Shown: positions 39,728 to 53,532 of the stretch, in pieces
How the letters are laid out: every line of letters starts with the position of its first letter
How positions within the stretch are numbered: the first letter of the stretch is position 1
DNA from: Camelus dromedarius
Lineage: Eukaryota
Direction of reading: 5' to 3'
Length of the DNA stretch: 64,000 nucleotides
Assembly (NCBI RefSeq): GCF_036321535.1
Contig: NC_087437.1
Span: 98,892,001 to 98,956,000, forward strand
The notes under the pieces: generated by a model
Told to the model about the DNA's origin: nothing
Seen by the model: the letters and a program-made list of their open reading frames with translations, nothing else
Database searches by the model: none
Made by a program: the position numbers and the translations under genes

Positions 39728-40849
39728 GGGAGCGACCAACATAACACATTTGTTTCCCACAAGAGTTCTGAACTAATTGAGAGGTAAATCTAAAGAGAAG
39801 ACGAATGGTGAGTAAAATATCACTTTTATGGATGACAACGCTCATTTTGGAGAATCTGACATATCTGGGAGCAGGTGAGCTTCCTAAATGTAAGACACAG
39901 AAATTACATCCCTTACTTATTCATTCACAGGCAACATTGGACTGGCATAGACCCTTCACAGGATTGCTCACCCCTGAAGGACTTATAGAATGGAGGAGCA
40001 GAGCAAAATGCATCCTTTCTGCACACAGGCTGACTTCCCCACCACTCCATCCCTGACAGAAAAAGAAATAGAAAGGGAAAGAATCAAGCGTGTCATGTTA
40101 ATAGAGTTCCCTCCACATAAGAGCTTCCGTTTCATCAGAAATAGAGAATAAGTTTCTGTACTATGATAATTGCCTATGCTTATCAAGACATTTTCATTAT
40201 GTTAATGCCGTCAGCAAGGCTCAGAAGATTTCTCCTGGAGCTTCATTTTTGAGATGTTTTCTTAATATTGTACTATAAGCGTATATATAGTTTGTTACAT
40301 ATATTCTGTAAAACTTGATGTGCTGTTCTACAGAATTTTAGCCTAAGTATGAGATAGACTATTAAGATACAATATAAATCTATAATATTTTGTGTAATAG
40401 TAAATAGTTTAGAATCACACATCATTAAACCTATTCTCCATTGAATAACTTAGGGCTTGTCACAAAAAGGGCTACTAGGAGGATCATTTAGCTAGAATTG
40501 CACATTCATCAAGGGTGTCAAGCACTGACTATTAAAATAGTCTCAAAAAAGGGTAACATAAAATAGTACAGGATTGAAAAAAAGTATGTGTCTCAGAACT
40601 TTAATTTATTTCCTAGTGCCAGACCGTACCATCTATAGTAAACAACTAATTTGTTTTTATAAATTCTGAAGTTAACTTGTAAATAGAAAAATTATATTTT
40701 CATCCTGAAAGAGTTAACTTGTTTAATGTAAACAAGAAGTTAAATTACATTTTTATTAGCTTTTTAAAGATATCTTTATTTCTAATATGTTAGAAGTGTC
40801 AAAAAATGAAAAGAAGTGGATCATGCCTCTCCAAAATTCTCAACTCCCA

Positions 40850-41048
40850 ATTGACTCTTCCCATGAGACTGCAATCCCAGTTAACGGCTTGATTAAATCT
40901 CATGAGAAACTTTGATCCAGAGGCACCTAGTTGAGCAATGCCCCGCATTCCTGATCCACAGAACTTGTGAGACAGTAAATGTCAGTTTTTTTAAGACTTT
41001 AAGGCACTAATTGTAGAGGAATTTTTAATGCTACCATAGACAACAAAT
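40850..41048 (+). mobile_element. MaLR LTR (MLT1E/F-like) 3' fragment
   Basis: cagaggcacctag...attcctgatccacagaacttgtgagacagtaaatg...ttaaggcactaa...atagacaac. Confidence 0.75.
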
Positions 41049-41199
41049 GGAGGAAAGGAAGAAGGCCAGAGATTCTACTGTAATATGGTATTAAGATCAT
41101 TGTTTTAGAAGTGATTTTTCCAATAACTTAGAAACATTTCATTTAAGTAATGTATAACTTCTTATTGATCAAAAATGTCAAATACTGAAGTGGAATAGA

Positions 41200-41740
41200 G
41201 AGTAAAATTCAGCCTATAATCTCCCTAAACTCCACCTCCCTCTCCTAAATTAATCATTAAGTTATTTTTCCAGATCTTTTCCTCTGCATTAACATTTTCA
41301 TATGTAACATTTTATTCCAGAGAAATAATATGGAATATTCTGAAACTTTTTTTTTACTTAACCTGTCCTAAAGATCTTCTCACGGCTGCACATGATACCT
41401 AACTTATTCCTTTACCTTCTGTAGTAATTTATAGCCTATCCACAACACAATTTTATTTAACCTGCCCTGGACTGGTGCATAGTTGTTTCTAGTATTTGAC
41501 CCAAACTTTGTAATTACTAGACTTGTAGTTATCTCTTTGTCCTCATGAAATAGCATATTCCTAATACAGACTTGTAAATGTGGTGTCCCAAAGTGCACAA
41601 GCTTTTTTTTTTTTTTTAAATAGATTTCCCAACTCATCCTCTTTAACATTGTAACAATTTACACTGCCACTGCCGTGTATTAGAACACTGGTTTTCCCCA
41701 CACCAATGTCAGCGCTAGGTATTTCCCGTCTTTTGAATAC
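41200..41740 (-). mobile_element. Old L1ME-like fragment
   Basis: cacaattttatttaacc...gttgtttctagtattt...ttgtaacaatttacactgccact...ttttccccacacc. Confidence 0.6.
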
Positions 41741-42606
41741 ACTCCACCTTCTTCTTCTACTCCACTGATTAATGATATTTTATACTTCTTCTAGTTTCTA
41801 TAATTTTGATTTTGTTTTTAAATTGTTTAGATCTTTAAATCAATTGTTAGTTTTGCAATAATGTTAAACTAGCTTACCAATCGGATTGGAGAAGACAACA
41901 GAGGAAAATTCTTTCAAATTGAAAATAGGTAATATTTTCAGTTGACTTTAAATTAACCCATTGAATGTAAACTCTGTTGAGTCTCTCATTTCCTTCTCAT
42001 TAGAATATCCTGTAGTTTTTCTACCTAGTTAGTGATCAATAAATGTTGATTTAATTGAATTGATTGAATTGCCTTGAGGTTTTATGTCAACTGCCATTAA
42101 ATTATACAGTGAGTACTAATAGCCCTAACTTTGGTTTCTGAGTACCATTCTCTACTTTATAAGAACAAAAAACAAAAAATACAGGTTCCATAGAGAAATG
42201 ACATAAATCCACAGCTGGGGCAGGGAAGGTACAAGCCTGGAGCATCTTGTGATGGAAAGTATGGAAGTACTCAAGGTATGATGGGGACATTACAAAAGGA
42301 CACAGGAGCTGACTTGAAGGGGCTCAACTGGTCAAACTACAACAGCTCAGCCATCAAAATGAATAGCAATGATAACTGACTATAATCTATTGAATAAAAT
42401 AAGAATTCCTAAGCTTATGCTGATATAAACAAATACGTGAAAAAATAAACAAATGAAGGAGAAAGGAAAGTTCTTCCTTAGAATGCCAACTAAAGGTAGA
42501 AAGGATAATAACAAATTATCATTCAGCAACAATCATAGCAATGTTTGATTCAGGCATGAATCATCTATGAATGCTAAACGTAGCAAAAGTCTTATGAGGA
42601 ATGGAT

Positions 42607-43080
42607 TGTATCAGTCAGAGATGTCTGGAGAAACAGAACTACTAGGTAATATTTATATCCTATTACATCTATCTACCTATCTATGTATCTATCTAGTTAT
42701 CTCTATATAAAATATAAAATCATATATATATATATCCTATTTATATAGATATACACATATAAAAATGTTTATTTTAAGGAATTAGCTTACACCATTGTGG
42801 GAGCCGACAAGTTCAAAATCTGTAGGGCAGACCAGCAGGCAGGAAACTCAGGTAGGATTTCTATGTTACAATCTTCTAAAAAAACCTCAGGTTTTCAGAT
42901 GGTTACTAGACTTGTGATCATTTCGTAGTGTGTAAGGATACCAAATCACTATGTAATTTGTCTGATACAATAAAAAATGTAATAATAAAAATCACTATTA
43001 TAAAGAATAATAATGAAAATTTAAATATTTTATTTATTTATTTATTTATTTTTAGATTGTGTTGGGGGAGGTAATTAGGG

Positions 43081-43117
<37 letters not shown>

Positions 43118-43488
43118 GATTGTGTTGGGGGAGGTAATTAGATTTATTTATTTTTTTATTTTTATTTTTTATTTTTTATTTTTTAATAGAGATACTGGGG
43201 ATTTAATCCAGGATCTTGTACATGCTAGGCATGTAATCTACCACTGAGCTCTACCCTACCCCCTTAATAATAATAAAAGGTTTAAAATGCAGGGTTTGCT
43301 CTTAAGGTCTTCATCTGATTGGATGAGGCCCACCCACATTATTAATGGTAATTTGCTTTATTTAAAGTCAACAGATTGTGAATGTAAACCTCTAGAAGGT
43401 ATCTTCACAACAACATCTAGGTTAGTGTTTGACCAAACAACTGGGCACCAGAACCTAGCCAAGTTGACATGTAAAATTAGCCATCACA
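42607..43488 (-). mobile_element. ERVL LTR (MLT2B/C-like) carrying nested insertions
   Basis: Starts tgtatcagtcag...agaaacagaac and ends ctagccaagttgacatgtaaaattagccatcaca. Internal motifs tttattttaaggaattagctt and ctgattggatgaggcccacccacatt. Confidence 0.9.
43030..43263 (-). mobile_element. tRNA-derived camelid SINE (Vic-1 type) with duplicated tail unit
   Basis: Reverse complement of the SINE head at about 43190-43263 (tactggggatttaatccagg...ctaccactgagctctaccc). The tail motif tttttagattgtgttgggggaggtaattag occurs twice. Confidence 0.9.
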
Positions 43489-46159
43489 GAGATATTTATA
43501 TAATCTCTAAATAACTCACTACAAACTTATTCATTATAAAAGAGAAAGTAGTAACTTTATAGACACCAACCTATTCATTTGATCAAAGTTAACAGCAACA
43601 ATAAAGGGACAAATCCTCATGTGATTCTGAGGTATTTCTATCAAAAACGCCTAATATTATCTAATCATGACAGAACATCAGACATACTCAAATTGAGGGA
43701 TGTTTTACAAAATAATTGACCTCTTAGAAAATGTAAAGGTCTTGAAACAGAAGACTGAGAAACTATTCAAGATTTAAAGAGATTGAAGAGATGTGACCAC
43801 AAAATGCAATATGTGGTCCTGGGTTGGACCCTGAAAAGAGGGTGGAGTACAGAAGGAGAGGGGACAGGGCTGTAAAGGGTATCATTCATTAATGGGGCAA
43901 TTGGTGAATTTGGAAAAGGAATATGTGTTAGATAATAGCAGTATATCCATATTGATTTTCTTGATTTTAATAATTATATTGTGGTCTTTTAAGAGCATTT
44001 CCTTGTTCCTAGGAAATACATGCTGGTACTTAGGGGTCAAGCTGCAAGATGTCTAGAACTTACTCTCAAAAGTTCAGAAAAAATTGATAGAGAGAGAGAG
44101 ACAGGATAATAAAGTAAATGGTGCTAATTGTAAACAGCTGTTCAATTTTGGTCAAGAATATACAGGAGTTACTCACATGATTCTTGTAACTTCACACTGT
44201 TTGAAATTATATCAAAATATAATTTGCCCAGAAAAGCAATGTTTAGGATTTTTTTCCCATAATCCATAATTGGTAACTCATGTTCTTTAATACAAGTGGG
44301 AATTTTTTCTCAAAGCATTTGGCTATAATTCTCCCTCTCTCTTAGTTATTGAGTTCAACACAAACTCCACCTTTAATTCTCTAAGGAACTTGGGAGCTCT
44401 CTTTCCCCACCGTGAAATTTTCATTTGATATTATAATTACTATGAAAGCTATGATTTATAGGTTTCAAATTACTGCAAATCACAAAGCAACACAAAAGTA
44501 ATTGAAAAGTGTTCAGAATCAGGAGACTAAGCTAATAGTCTAGAGGCATGAGTTTTATTTGGACATTAAACAATGTAAATTAGCCCTGCTTTACTCTCTT
44601 ACCCAGCTCTAACTATACATGAACTATTTTATAATACTATTTACTATTTTAATTAAACTTATCATTGTGTTTGTATTGAGTTGGAACACAGAAGACAGAA
44701 TGAGACTCCTTCAGAAGGTAATTATGATATAGATACACTTAGAAATATTTTTAATTATAAGAACAACAGAAAGAGAACAGCCCTAACCTTTCCACCCACT
44801 GACTAGCCTTCAGTGAAAACTCTGTTTCTATGTATAATAAAACTCAGGAAATAATTGGGGAGAAATAACTCATTTTTTTCAAATATTAGTTTCAATTTTC
44901 ATTCCTGGTTCAAATGTGGAAAATTCAAACCAGAAATATTATTTTTCCAACACTGTTAATTAAAACATTCTGTGTCTGTGAGTTACACTTTCTACGAGTT
45001 ACAGTTTCGGAGACCAAAAATAACAATGGTTAAAGAGAGTACATTTTCAGGAAAGTAGAGTTTATTATTTAAAAAGTAAGAGCAGAAATTTTGACATAGT
45101 TTTGCAAATAGATCATACTATTTGAAACTGTATAGTTATGGTTCTGAATGTGAATGTAATATCTTACATATAAAAATAGTTATTTCATACAGAATTATCC
45201 TTTAGTGGAAACTATGATTTGGAAATATTATTATCAATATTGTTATTATTCTAATAATAATAATAAATATATTCATTTACTGCCACTAAAGGTACTTGTA
45301 ATTTTTTAAATAGTGTTATAAATTCAGTCCCATCTAGCACAATGGCAGTGTAAAATTTTATTTATTACATAAATTCTAATTAAAGAAATCAACAAAGTTT
45401 TGCTGTGTTATACTCCAGTGATTAACAATATTAATGTATTTGATGATGAAAGTAAAATGGGCTCCAATCAAAGCCTAGCATGAAAGGGTTAAACATGTTA
45501 TACAGGTGATTGTGTACATTGAAGTATTAGGCTCTCCAATGTAAGAAAAGCAGGTGCAGTGGTCTCCAAGTATTTTGGACAATGATTTGGACAACAGGGT
45601 GAAATAAGAACTAGAAAGCTATTCTGGCTTCTAAGTATCACTTATTTGGTAATACTTGTATTTAGAGAATGCGTTCCAAATTTTAAAATACTCAAGATCC
45701 TAAATAATTTTTAGTTGCCTTCCCATTATCTGATTAGAAGATTAATCTTGTCAATGTATGAAGTTACCACTTCTTTTACTAAAATGAGTACCTTGCTGAG
45801 GCATTATTGACATCACGTTTCATTAATTATAGGGGATGTGTTTGCAGAAAGTTATAATAGAATCATAGTAATCCCTTTTCAATGCCTTGGCACATTTGTA
45901 ACTAAAGGCAAGTATTGAAAAGATGGTTGGCTGAATCCAACATACTGGCTGAACTCAAAGTACTGTCTGTTGACTGAACCTATATATGAAATAAATCTTA
46001 CTTTAGCCTTCACTATAGCATGCTTTGATATAGTAGTCTGCAGAGAATGGCAGTTGCCTGATGGAGTGCCTTCCTATGTAAGATGCCTGCTCAACTAGAA
46101 TTTATTTGAAGTATTTATGTGTAGAGTTGCATTTCGATTCCAAGAACTTTACTCTAGTT

Positions 46160-46722
46160 TTATGGCTACTGCTCTGATTCAAGCTTCTACCAGCTCTTCC
46201 TTGGTCTAATGCAATAACCGAACTGATCTCCCTCCATCTTCCCTTGCTCAGTTAGACTTTATTTTCTATTAGCACCAGAGTAATTTTTTAAACTTTACAC
46301 CACTGCTGCTCAAAAATCTGTGGTTTCCAACTGCAATTAGAAATCAAACCTACATGATCCCTGCACAATCTCCTTCTTCAACTTTGGGCCACCTGACCCT
46401 TTCTTTCTGTTCCTCTGAGATGCCACCATGGTTTCTGCTTTGGGTCTTCTGCGTTCCTTGTCCCTCTGTCCTTTCTCCAGCTCTTTGCAAGGCATTCTTC
46501 CTCCCAGGATTCACATCTCAGCTCAAATGTCTCCTTTCCGGGTCAGTCTACCCCGTAACTCTGTCTTGATACACTCTTGCACTGTCTTCATAATACTTCC
46601 CTTTTTGTGTCATTAACTTGTTAGTTTCTCCTAATGAAAACATAAACTCCATGAGTATAAGAACATTTTTCCCTAAGAGGCTGCCTGGAGGAAAAGCAGA
46701 ATTCAATAAATATTTGTTTTAT
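46160..46722 (+). mobile_element. L2 LINE 3' region
   Basis: Degenerate L2 motifs (ctcagctcaaatgtc, aaactccatgag) ending ttcaataaatatttgtt. Confidence 0.75.
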
Positions 46723-47589
46723 GAAGGAATCTTCAAAATCAGTATCATTTTTTTTCTTTTGACTGGAAACTATCACTTTTGGCAAAGCCCTGAAGTCTCA
46801 TAAAGGGCCTCTTGACTCTACATTAACAAAGAATTTCTTTAAAACTAGGATGAAAATCATCCATTTTTTGTTTATATTTTATTCATTTCAAAATTTAAAA
46901 ATACATGGGTAAAATTCTATATTGTGAGTTTAGGGGAAACATCAAAATGCCTGTTCTGCATTCAAATCTACCTATAAGGGAAATGCTATTCCTCTAGGGT
47001 TTTGAAGTGTGTTAAGTACTATTTTCATTTAAGTATTTACATGACATATTCTGATCATCACTGAATTTGCAAACAACACTTAGTGGGGAGGAGGTGGCAA
47101 AAGGCTATGTCTTGCTTCACTGTAGTAGAATAATGTTTAGCCCTCCTATCATTTAAAACATAGACCAGGCAGTCCACACAGGTCTTTATCCTGGAAATGG
47201 AAATGACATGAGTTGGATTCTAACCATGCCCTGACTTCATAGTCTCTGTTGTAGTCATTGATTTAGACACAGCTGAAAACTGTACACAAGCCTCTCTCTG
47301 GTTCTTTGAGCATTGCTCAGACAACAGGGAATGTGTGCAAGGATCAGATGACCGCTAGACCCATATCCATGTTCCCAGCACCTCGCATAGTCCCTGGTGA
47401 TGGATAAAAAAATGAACAAATAAACAGATCTAAAGGTAAGAACTGATCAGGCTAACACATTATCAGTCATCAACAAACTAAAAAGTTTTGTTCTAAAATT
47501 CATTTCTAAGCCAACCATTTTTCTTTTAGACAGTATGTCCCTGACCCTGATGTTAGCTAATTAGGCCCATTAAAAAAATTAAATTTTGC

Positions 47590-48110
47590 ATTTGTTCTTT
47601 CATCAACATTTATTAAATGCTTTCTACTGTGCTAGGCAGTATGAATGCAATGTGGTGGGGCCATACATAGACCTGCCCTCATGGAACATGTGGTCATCTA
47701 GGGAGAAAAAGTGTGACCAACATCACTCAGGTATATAATTACAAGCTGTGATAAGTGCATTTCAAGAAGCTTGTGAGATTGTATGGCAAGGATGTGTGAC
47801 TTCGTCTGAGTCAAAAAAGATTTTGACAAGGTGACTTTTGAGTTGAGATTGGGAAAATGATTAAGCATTAAAGTGAGGAGTTTGGGGAGGGTTGTATTTA
47901 CGGGGAGAGAAAATCATAAACAGTCTTGAGGTGGGAGGTAAAGTGAAATACTGAAAGAAATGGAATAATAACAGTGTGGCTGGAGATGATTCAGTGAGGG
48001 AGAGAGATTGGCATACGATGGGACTGAAGAGCTAGGCAAGAGATGGACCATGGGGGCGGGGGCGGGGTTTTGTAAGCATTGCTAACAAATATTGGTATTT
48101 TTTTATGTCT
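47590..48110 (-). mobile_element. L2 LINE 3' region
   Basis: ttcatcaacatttattaaatgctttctactgtgctaggca...cctgccctcatggaac...aggtgacttttgagttgaga. Confidence 0.75.
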
Positions 48111-48594
48111 AGGTAACAGGATCAGAATTGAGGTACTTACTGTTGTTCCTGTAACATGTTGGATGTGGAATCAAATGCAAGACTTCTGTTGGAGACTTGG
48201 AATATCTCTCAGGCAATGACAGCAGTGGGAAAGGAACTAGCTGATGGCATCTGACCACATAATGCTACCATTTCCTGGCGCGCATAATAGAAATCTATTA
48301 TGAAACATATGTTTGATACACACACTAGAGGCTTGAGATGGGGGAACACTAAGCTTGTCACTGAAAAAAGAATTGTTTAATGATGCAATAAGCAATTGCA
48401 AATGGAATTCATAATCTTAAAGTCTTATCATAAAATGACTCTCAATCCCAAATAATAATTTCATAGAATTTTCTCTTTGCTACATAAACTGAGATTCAGT
48501 GAGCATATCCTTTTTTTTTTGATGTGTTTAATTTATAGAATCATAGAACTCAAGCATTCGGTTTTACTGTGACCCTCAATGTCCCCTATGAATT

Positions 48595-48740
48595 TACTAC
48601 TTGATGTTGGTCCCTGGACCCACATCATTAACTAGGAACACATTAGAAGTCAGGACCTCAGAATCTCCGCTCCCACCCAGAGCCACTGAATTAGAATCTG
48701 CATTTTAAAAAGATCTCCAAGTGATTTGTTTCCACAATGG
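48595..48740. mobile_element. MER5-like (hAT-Charlie) element
   Basis: tggtccctggacc...cagaatctc...ccacccagagccactgaattagaatctgcattttaaaaagatctccaagtgatttg. Confidence 0.75.
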
Positions 48741-49307
48741 GAAGGGTTGCCTTAGACCTTTACTCCTGTCCAATGTAGGAAGCTCTGTTTGAATAACTGA
48801 AAGGGTTAAGTGGGTGTAGGATGTTTTTGCTCAAGTTTATTAAACTTTAATACTCTGCTCTCTCAATAATTAGTTGTAAGTGTTGTAAGAATCAAATTGG
48901 AAGAGTTTGGCAAATCAACATTTTAAAAAATTCCTATTCCTCAAGCTTTTCTTCTCCCTTCCCTTTAATAGGCACATTATTTATACATCCCCATTTAAAA
49001 TGAACAATGTAATATATTACTGTCTTCCTGGAAGAGGAACAATGTTATTTCTGGAGTCATGTATCAAACAGTGTATTTGTGATAGAAATGAAAAATGTTG
49101 TCATAAACATGATCAGAGGGCTTAAGTACAAGAAGGCTCCTTTTCATTCTTCTTAGGGATAGATAACTGTTTTGTAAAGCAAAGTTTGTTAATGTTCTTT
49201 TTAATTTGGCAAAACAAAGTCCCAGAGCTGGGGCTGAAGCAGATTTTGAGCCAAAAGATTTAAGATATTTCACATCAAAATGGATTTGGATTTGTTATCT
49301 TGGTCCT

Positions 49308-49770
49308 TATATTTGTGCTCTATTTGCTGCTGAACAAATTATTACAGACTCAATGGTTTACAACAACACAACTTTATTATCTTACAATTCTGTAACTTAG
49401 AAAGCCAACACAGGTCTCAGGGGACTGGAGTCAAGATGTCAAGAGGGCTGAGTCCTGTTCTGAAAGTTCAAGGGGAGAATGCATTTTCTTGCCCTTGCCA
49501 GCATCGTGGGGCTCCAGCATTCCTTGATTGTGGCCCCTTTCATCTGGAAAGCCAGCAGTGGCTGGTGGAGTCTTACTGAAATTGCTGCCTCCCTCTTCAC
49601 TTTTAAAGACACTTGTGGTTACATTGAATCCACCTGGATGATCCAGGCTCCTCTCCCCATTGTGAGGTCAGCTGACTTGCAATCTTAATTGCCCCTTTGC
49701 CACACATTCATAGGTTCTGAGGATTAAGACATGGACACCTTGGAGGAACCATTATTCCACCTACTATAAT
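49308..49770 (-). mobile_element. MaLR LTR (MLT1D-like)
   Basis: caacactttattatcttacaattctgt...catctggaaagccagca...ttacattgaatccacctggatgatccagg...ggattaagacatggacacc. Confidence 0.85.
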
Positions 49771-50289
49771 CCTTGTGGAGAGGAGTGAGTGGCATGGCTT
49801 GGGGAGAAAAGTAGAGAAGGAATTCTGGAGAGAGATAAGGATTGGGCAGCCCCTGTAAAGGGTGGCAGGCCGTTTTCTCATGAGAAAGTTTTTCTATAAG
49901 TAGAAATTGATTGTCTGATTGTCATTGAGATTTTTAACTGGTTTATATGACAGTTTTTAGTACTCCACTGTGCACTGATTCCTGTTTCGCACATTTCTGC
50001 TTTTCCCCATCAAACCCTAACATGTAATTAAAAAGCTGTTACTTGGGGTGACTTTTTGGAATGGAGAAAGAGGCTGAGTGAAGCCATGTTCACGGATCCT
50101 GGAGTAAAGCCAAGCTCAAAATAACAGCTGCAGAGAGATGATTAGAAAAAATAGCGAGTCAAGCCAGGAGCAGAAACTGACAGCAAGAAAGGACAGGAGG
50201 ATCACCTCCACACCCAAGCCTTGCCACTCACAGTGTTCAGAGGTGTGCCCAGGGCCATTCATTTCAACTCAGCAGAAGTGGTTGCTGAT

Positions 50290-50620
50290 TTAACAAATGC
50301 AGATGAAGTTCCTCAAGTGTGTAAGGCTCTGTGATACAAAGGCACATAAAATATGCCTCTACCTTCAAAGTGTTTGCTGTCTAAACGAGAAGACTGACGA
50401 ATAAATGACTATTACAGGACAAAATGTGCATAAAGGAGCATCTGAGAGCAAGGAGGAGAAACTAGCAAAGCAGACTGCACCTGCCAAAGAAGGCTTTCCA
50501 GAAATGATGTTTGAGCTGTGTCTGGCAACAAGACTAGGAGATACATGTACATGGAGGGAGGAAGTTGCGGAGGTGCATTTCAGAAACAGCAAGTAGCAAC
50601 GTGTACACATGTGCAGTCCT
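50290..50620 (-). mobile_element. L2 fragment
   Basis: gcctctaccttcaaagtgtttgctgtcta...aaagaaggctttccagaaatgatgtttgagctg. Confidence 0.55.
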
Positions 50621-52743
50621 GATATAGATACAGCAATATACTCCAATGTTATCTTTGTCACCCACTAATTCCTTCTCACTTCTGTCAAGATGGTGTAGAG
50701 TTTCTCTTCCTGTAAAAATGAAACCCATCTGACTTTATCTACTCCCGCCACCTAAGGGTCTCTCAGCTGCATGGGTTATCCTTTTCCCCTCTTGAGTCTT
50801 CCTTCTTTCCCTCTCTTCTGGCTCCTTCTTTCCTTTTCTTAGAGAAGTTCTCTAATGTCTCCCAAGGTTGATAATTCTGTAATCTCTCAGCCCCACATCT
50901 CCAAGCTGTTACTCCCTCCTCTCTCTTTCCTTCCCTGTCAAACTTCACGAAAGGGCTCTCTACACTAGATTTTTCTGCTTTCCAGTATCTTGTTTACCTC
51001 CAACTCTTAGCTATTTGAGTTCCCTGCAAACCTGCCTAAAACTGCTCTCAACTTTTTTGTTGAAATCAAATGGTGTTTGTTAGTCACTAATTTTCTGAAC
51101 TCTCTGACACATCTGACACTGTGGGGAACTTCCTTCTGGAAGCACTCTCTTCCTTCCTCTTCAGGGATGACAAGATCCCAACGCCCCACTTTCCTGGCCA
51201 AGCCTGCATCTCTGTTTCAGCTTCCTCTTTCTCCTCCTCTCCGGTCAGAATTGGTGTCCTAATGTAAATTTATAGATTTTTAGTTTGAAGTGTATTCAAT
51301 GAAATAGATTTCTTGTTGAAAAAATATCTGTATGTCTCAGAATACACTTTAGTAGGATTCAACTTTAAAAGTTTGCTTCAAATAGACAAGTATTGCTACA
51401 GAGGGTTGACATTGTAATTAGAAAAATAAGTGAAGTCTACAGAGATTACAAATAGCTCTGTTATAAGAAACAGAGTATGAGAAATATGATGACTCATGCT
51501 TGTCCCCAGGCACGTCATCTCCCAGACGTTTCTGTTACTGCTGTGGTAGGAAAGCAAATATGCCAACCTGATTTGAAAAATTCTGTTCAAGAGTGTAGGA
51601 ACAGGACAGTGCAGTGCAGAGAAGAGAGAAGAAAGTAAGTGTGGTTATGGGCTTTACTTTGAAGCACTTAATGAGTGGTATAAGAATAATCAAAAGTAAC
51701 GAGTTAACAATATTTTCATAAAACTCCTATTTCATGATATATTTTAAGTGGAGGCAATTTTTCAGAAGAAAAAATTAAATTATCAACTTCAAATAAACTG
51801 CCATCTCTATCTCCTCTCCAATGATTGAGGTTGATTTTTTTTTTAATTGGAAACATCCTTTGAAAAAGTCATGAGTATTTTTCTGGTGTTGAGAAATATT
51901 TTACTCCTCACAAGGCTCTACCACAGCCCTCTCTGCCCACACAAAGAGTGGTTTTGAAATAAGAGTTTATTTTATTAAGAAAAATAAAATGTTTATACAG
52001 AGCTAGCCAAAGCAAGAATCTGCAGATTGAATAAATTAAATGGTTGGGGCTATTAGAACTCCAGAGTGTCTTGAACAGAATCCAGTAGGAATGAAAGGAG
52101 ACCCAAGACTTGGGCAATGCAGTAATCTCTGATGGTTAGAGAGCTAGTCCATATATGCTACAGAAACTTGATTTTGCAGACACATTCTTTAAGGGGAGAC
52201 ACAATAGTCAAATGGTATATTAGTGTTTATATTTTGATGTGAATTCTATGGAAACATAGCAATCACAAGACAGATAAGTGGCATTTTGCCTAACTGAAGT
52301 AGTCCCCAAAATGTGTTGGTACATTACAGCTGATTTGTAAAAAGTTGTAAAAAAGTTACCACGTTTTTAATGTTCCAGATCAATTCAGTATTTTCCAAAA
52401 ACACTGGCTCTTTTGAAGTTGAATAATTATACCCTAACTTATAAGTATGAATTCTTTTTATGTCTGGCTCAAACTAAGACTTTTCCTTTGTGATTTATAG
52501 TGGAAGAAATTTTAGAGGAGGGCTCAGTTCTGGAGTCAACTTGTGATGTGACAAAATGTGTACTGTCAATATTGTCCTTGAAAATCCCTTAAATTGCTTG
52601 CAAAATATAGTCCATGACATTTCTAAGCCACATTAGAATATAATCTACCATCTTTAGAGTCCAATACAGTCAGTTTCCCTTAACCCTGGATCAGACTTTT
52701 GTTCCAATAACAGAATTTGCCTAAGCTTAGGTCCACAATTTAA

Positions 52744-52797
52744 ATATTTATATTTATATTTATATTTATATTTATATTTATATTTATATTTATATTT
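52744..52797. repeat. Perfect hexanucleotide microsatellite (ATATTT)9
   Basis: Nine uninterrupted copies of atattt. Confidence 0.95.
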
Positions 52798-52917
52798 CAA
52801 ACATTATAATCACAACTTGCTGGGGGAGATGCTTCCACTACGAAAGATCCATGAAAACTATTGAGAAAACAATGGGTAACATCTCCCAAAATGTTTTTTG
52901 GCCTAACATGTGCAGTA

Positions 52918-53283
52918 TGTGTTAGTTTGCTAGGACTGCCGTTAAAAAGTACCATAGATTGGGCAGCTTAAACAGCAGAAATGTGTTTTCTCACAGTTAT
53001 GGGGGCTAGGAATTTAAGATCAAGGTGTGGGCAGGTTTGGTCTCTTCAGAAGCTGTTCTTCTTGGCTTGTAGGTGACCCTCTTTTCCCTGTGTCTTCATA
53101 TAGTCTTCCCTTGTGTATATCTGTGTCCTAAGCTCCTTTTCTTGTAAGGACACCAGTTATGTTAGATTTTGGCCTTAATTGCCTCCCCAAAGACCCTATC
53201 TCCAAATGCAGTCACATTCTGAGGTACTGGCAGTTCGGACTTTACCATGTGGATTTGAGGGGTACATAATTCAGTTCATAACA
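52918..53283 (-). mobile_element. MaLR solo LTR (MLT1A-like), full length
   Basis: TG...CA termini (tgtgttagtttgctaggactgcc ... aattcagttcataaca) with a perfect 5-bp TSD cagta at 52913-52917 and 53284-53288. Confidence 0.93.
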
Positions 53284-53400
53284 CAGTAGAATTTAATTAT
53301 ATTGTGTCTGATGACACTAAATATATTTTCTGAAGCACTAAAAGATCAGGTAGCCTAGGTATAAAACAGGTCATTTCTGTGATCTGTGTAGAAAGGCAAG

Positions 53401-53532
53401 CACCACTGCCATCGTGCCTAACTCCACCACCACTACCACAAACACCACTGTCATCACTACCTCATCACCACCATTTTCTCCATCAGCACAACATGACCAC
53501 CACTTCCAGTACCGTCACTATCACCATCATCC
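53401..53532. repeat. Degenerate (CAC/CAT)n low-complexity tract
   Basis: Repeated caccac/catcac triplets. Confidence 0.8.

Larger units (their letters stand above)
42100..44222 (+). mobile_element. L1MC-type 3' region interrupted by the MLT2 LTR at 42607-43488
   Basis: L1MC 3' UTR motifs on both sides (ggttccatagagaaatg, ccaacctattcatttgatcaaagttaac, gaacatcagacatactcaaattgaggga, tgtttgaaattatatcaaaat). Confidence 0.8.
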
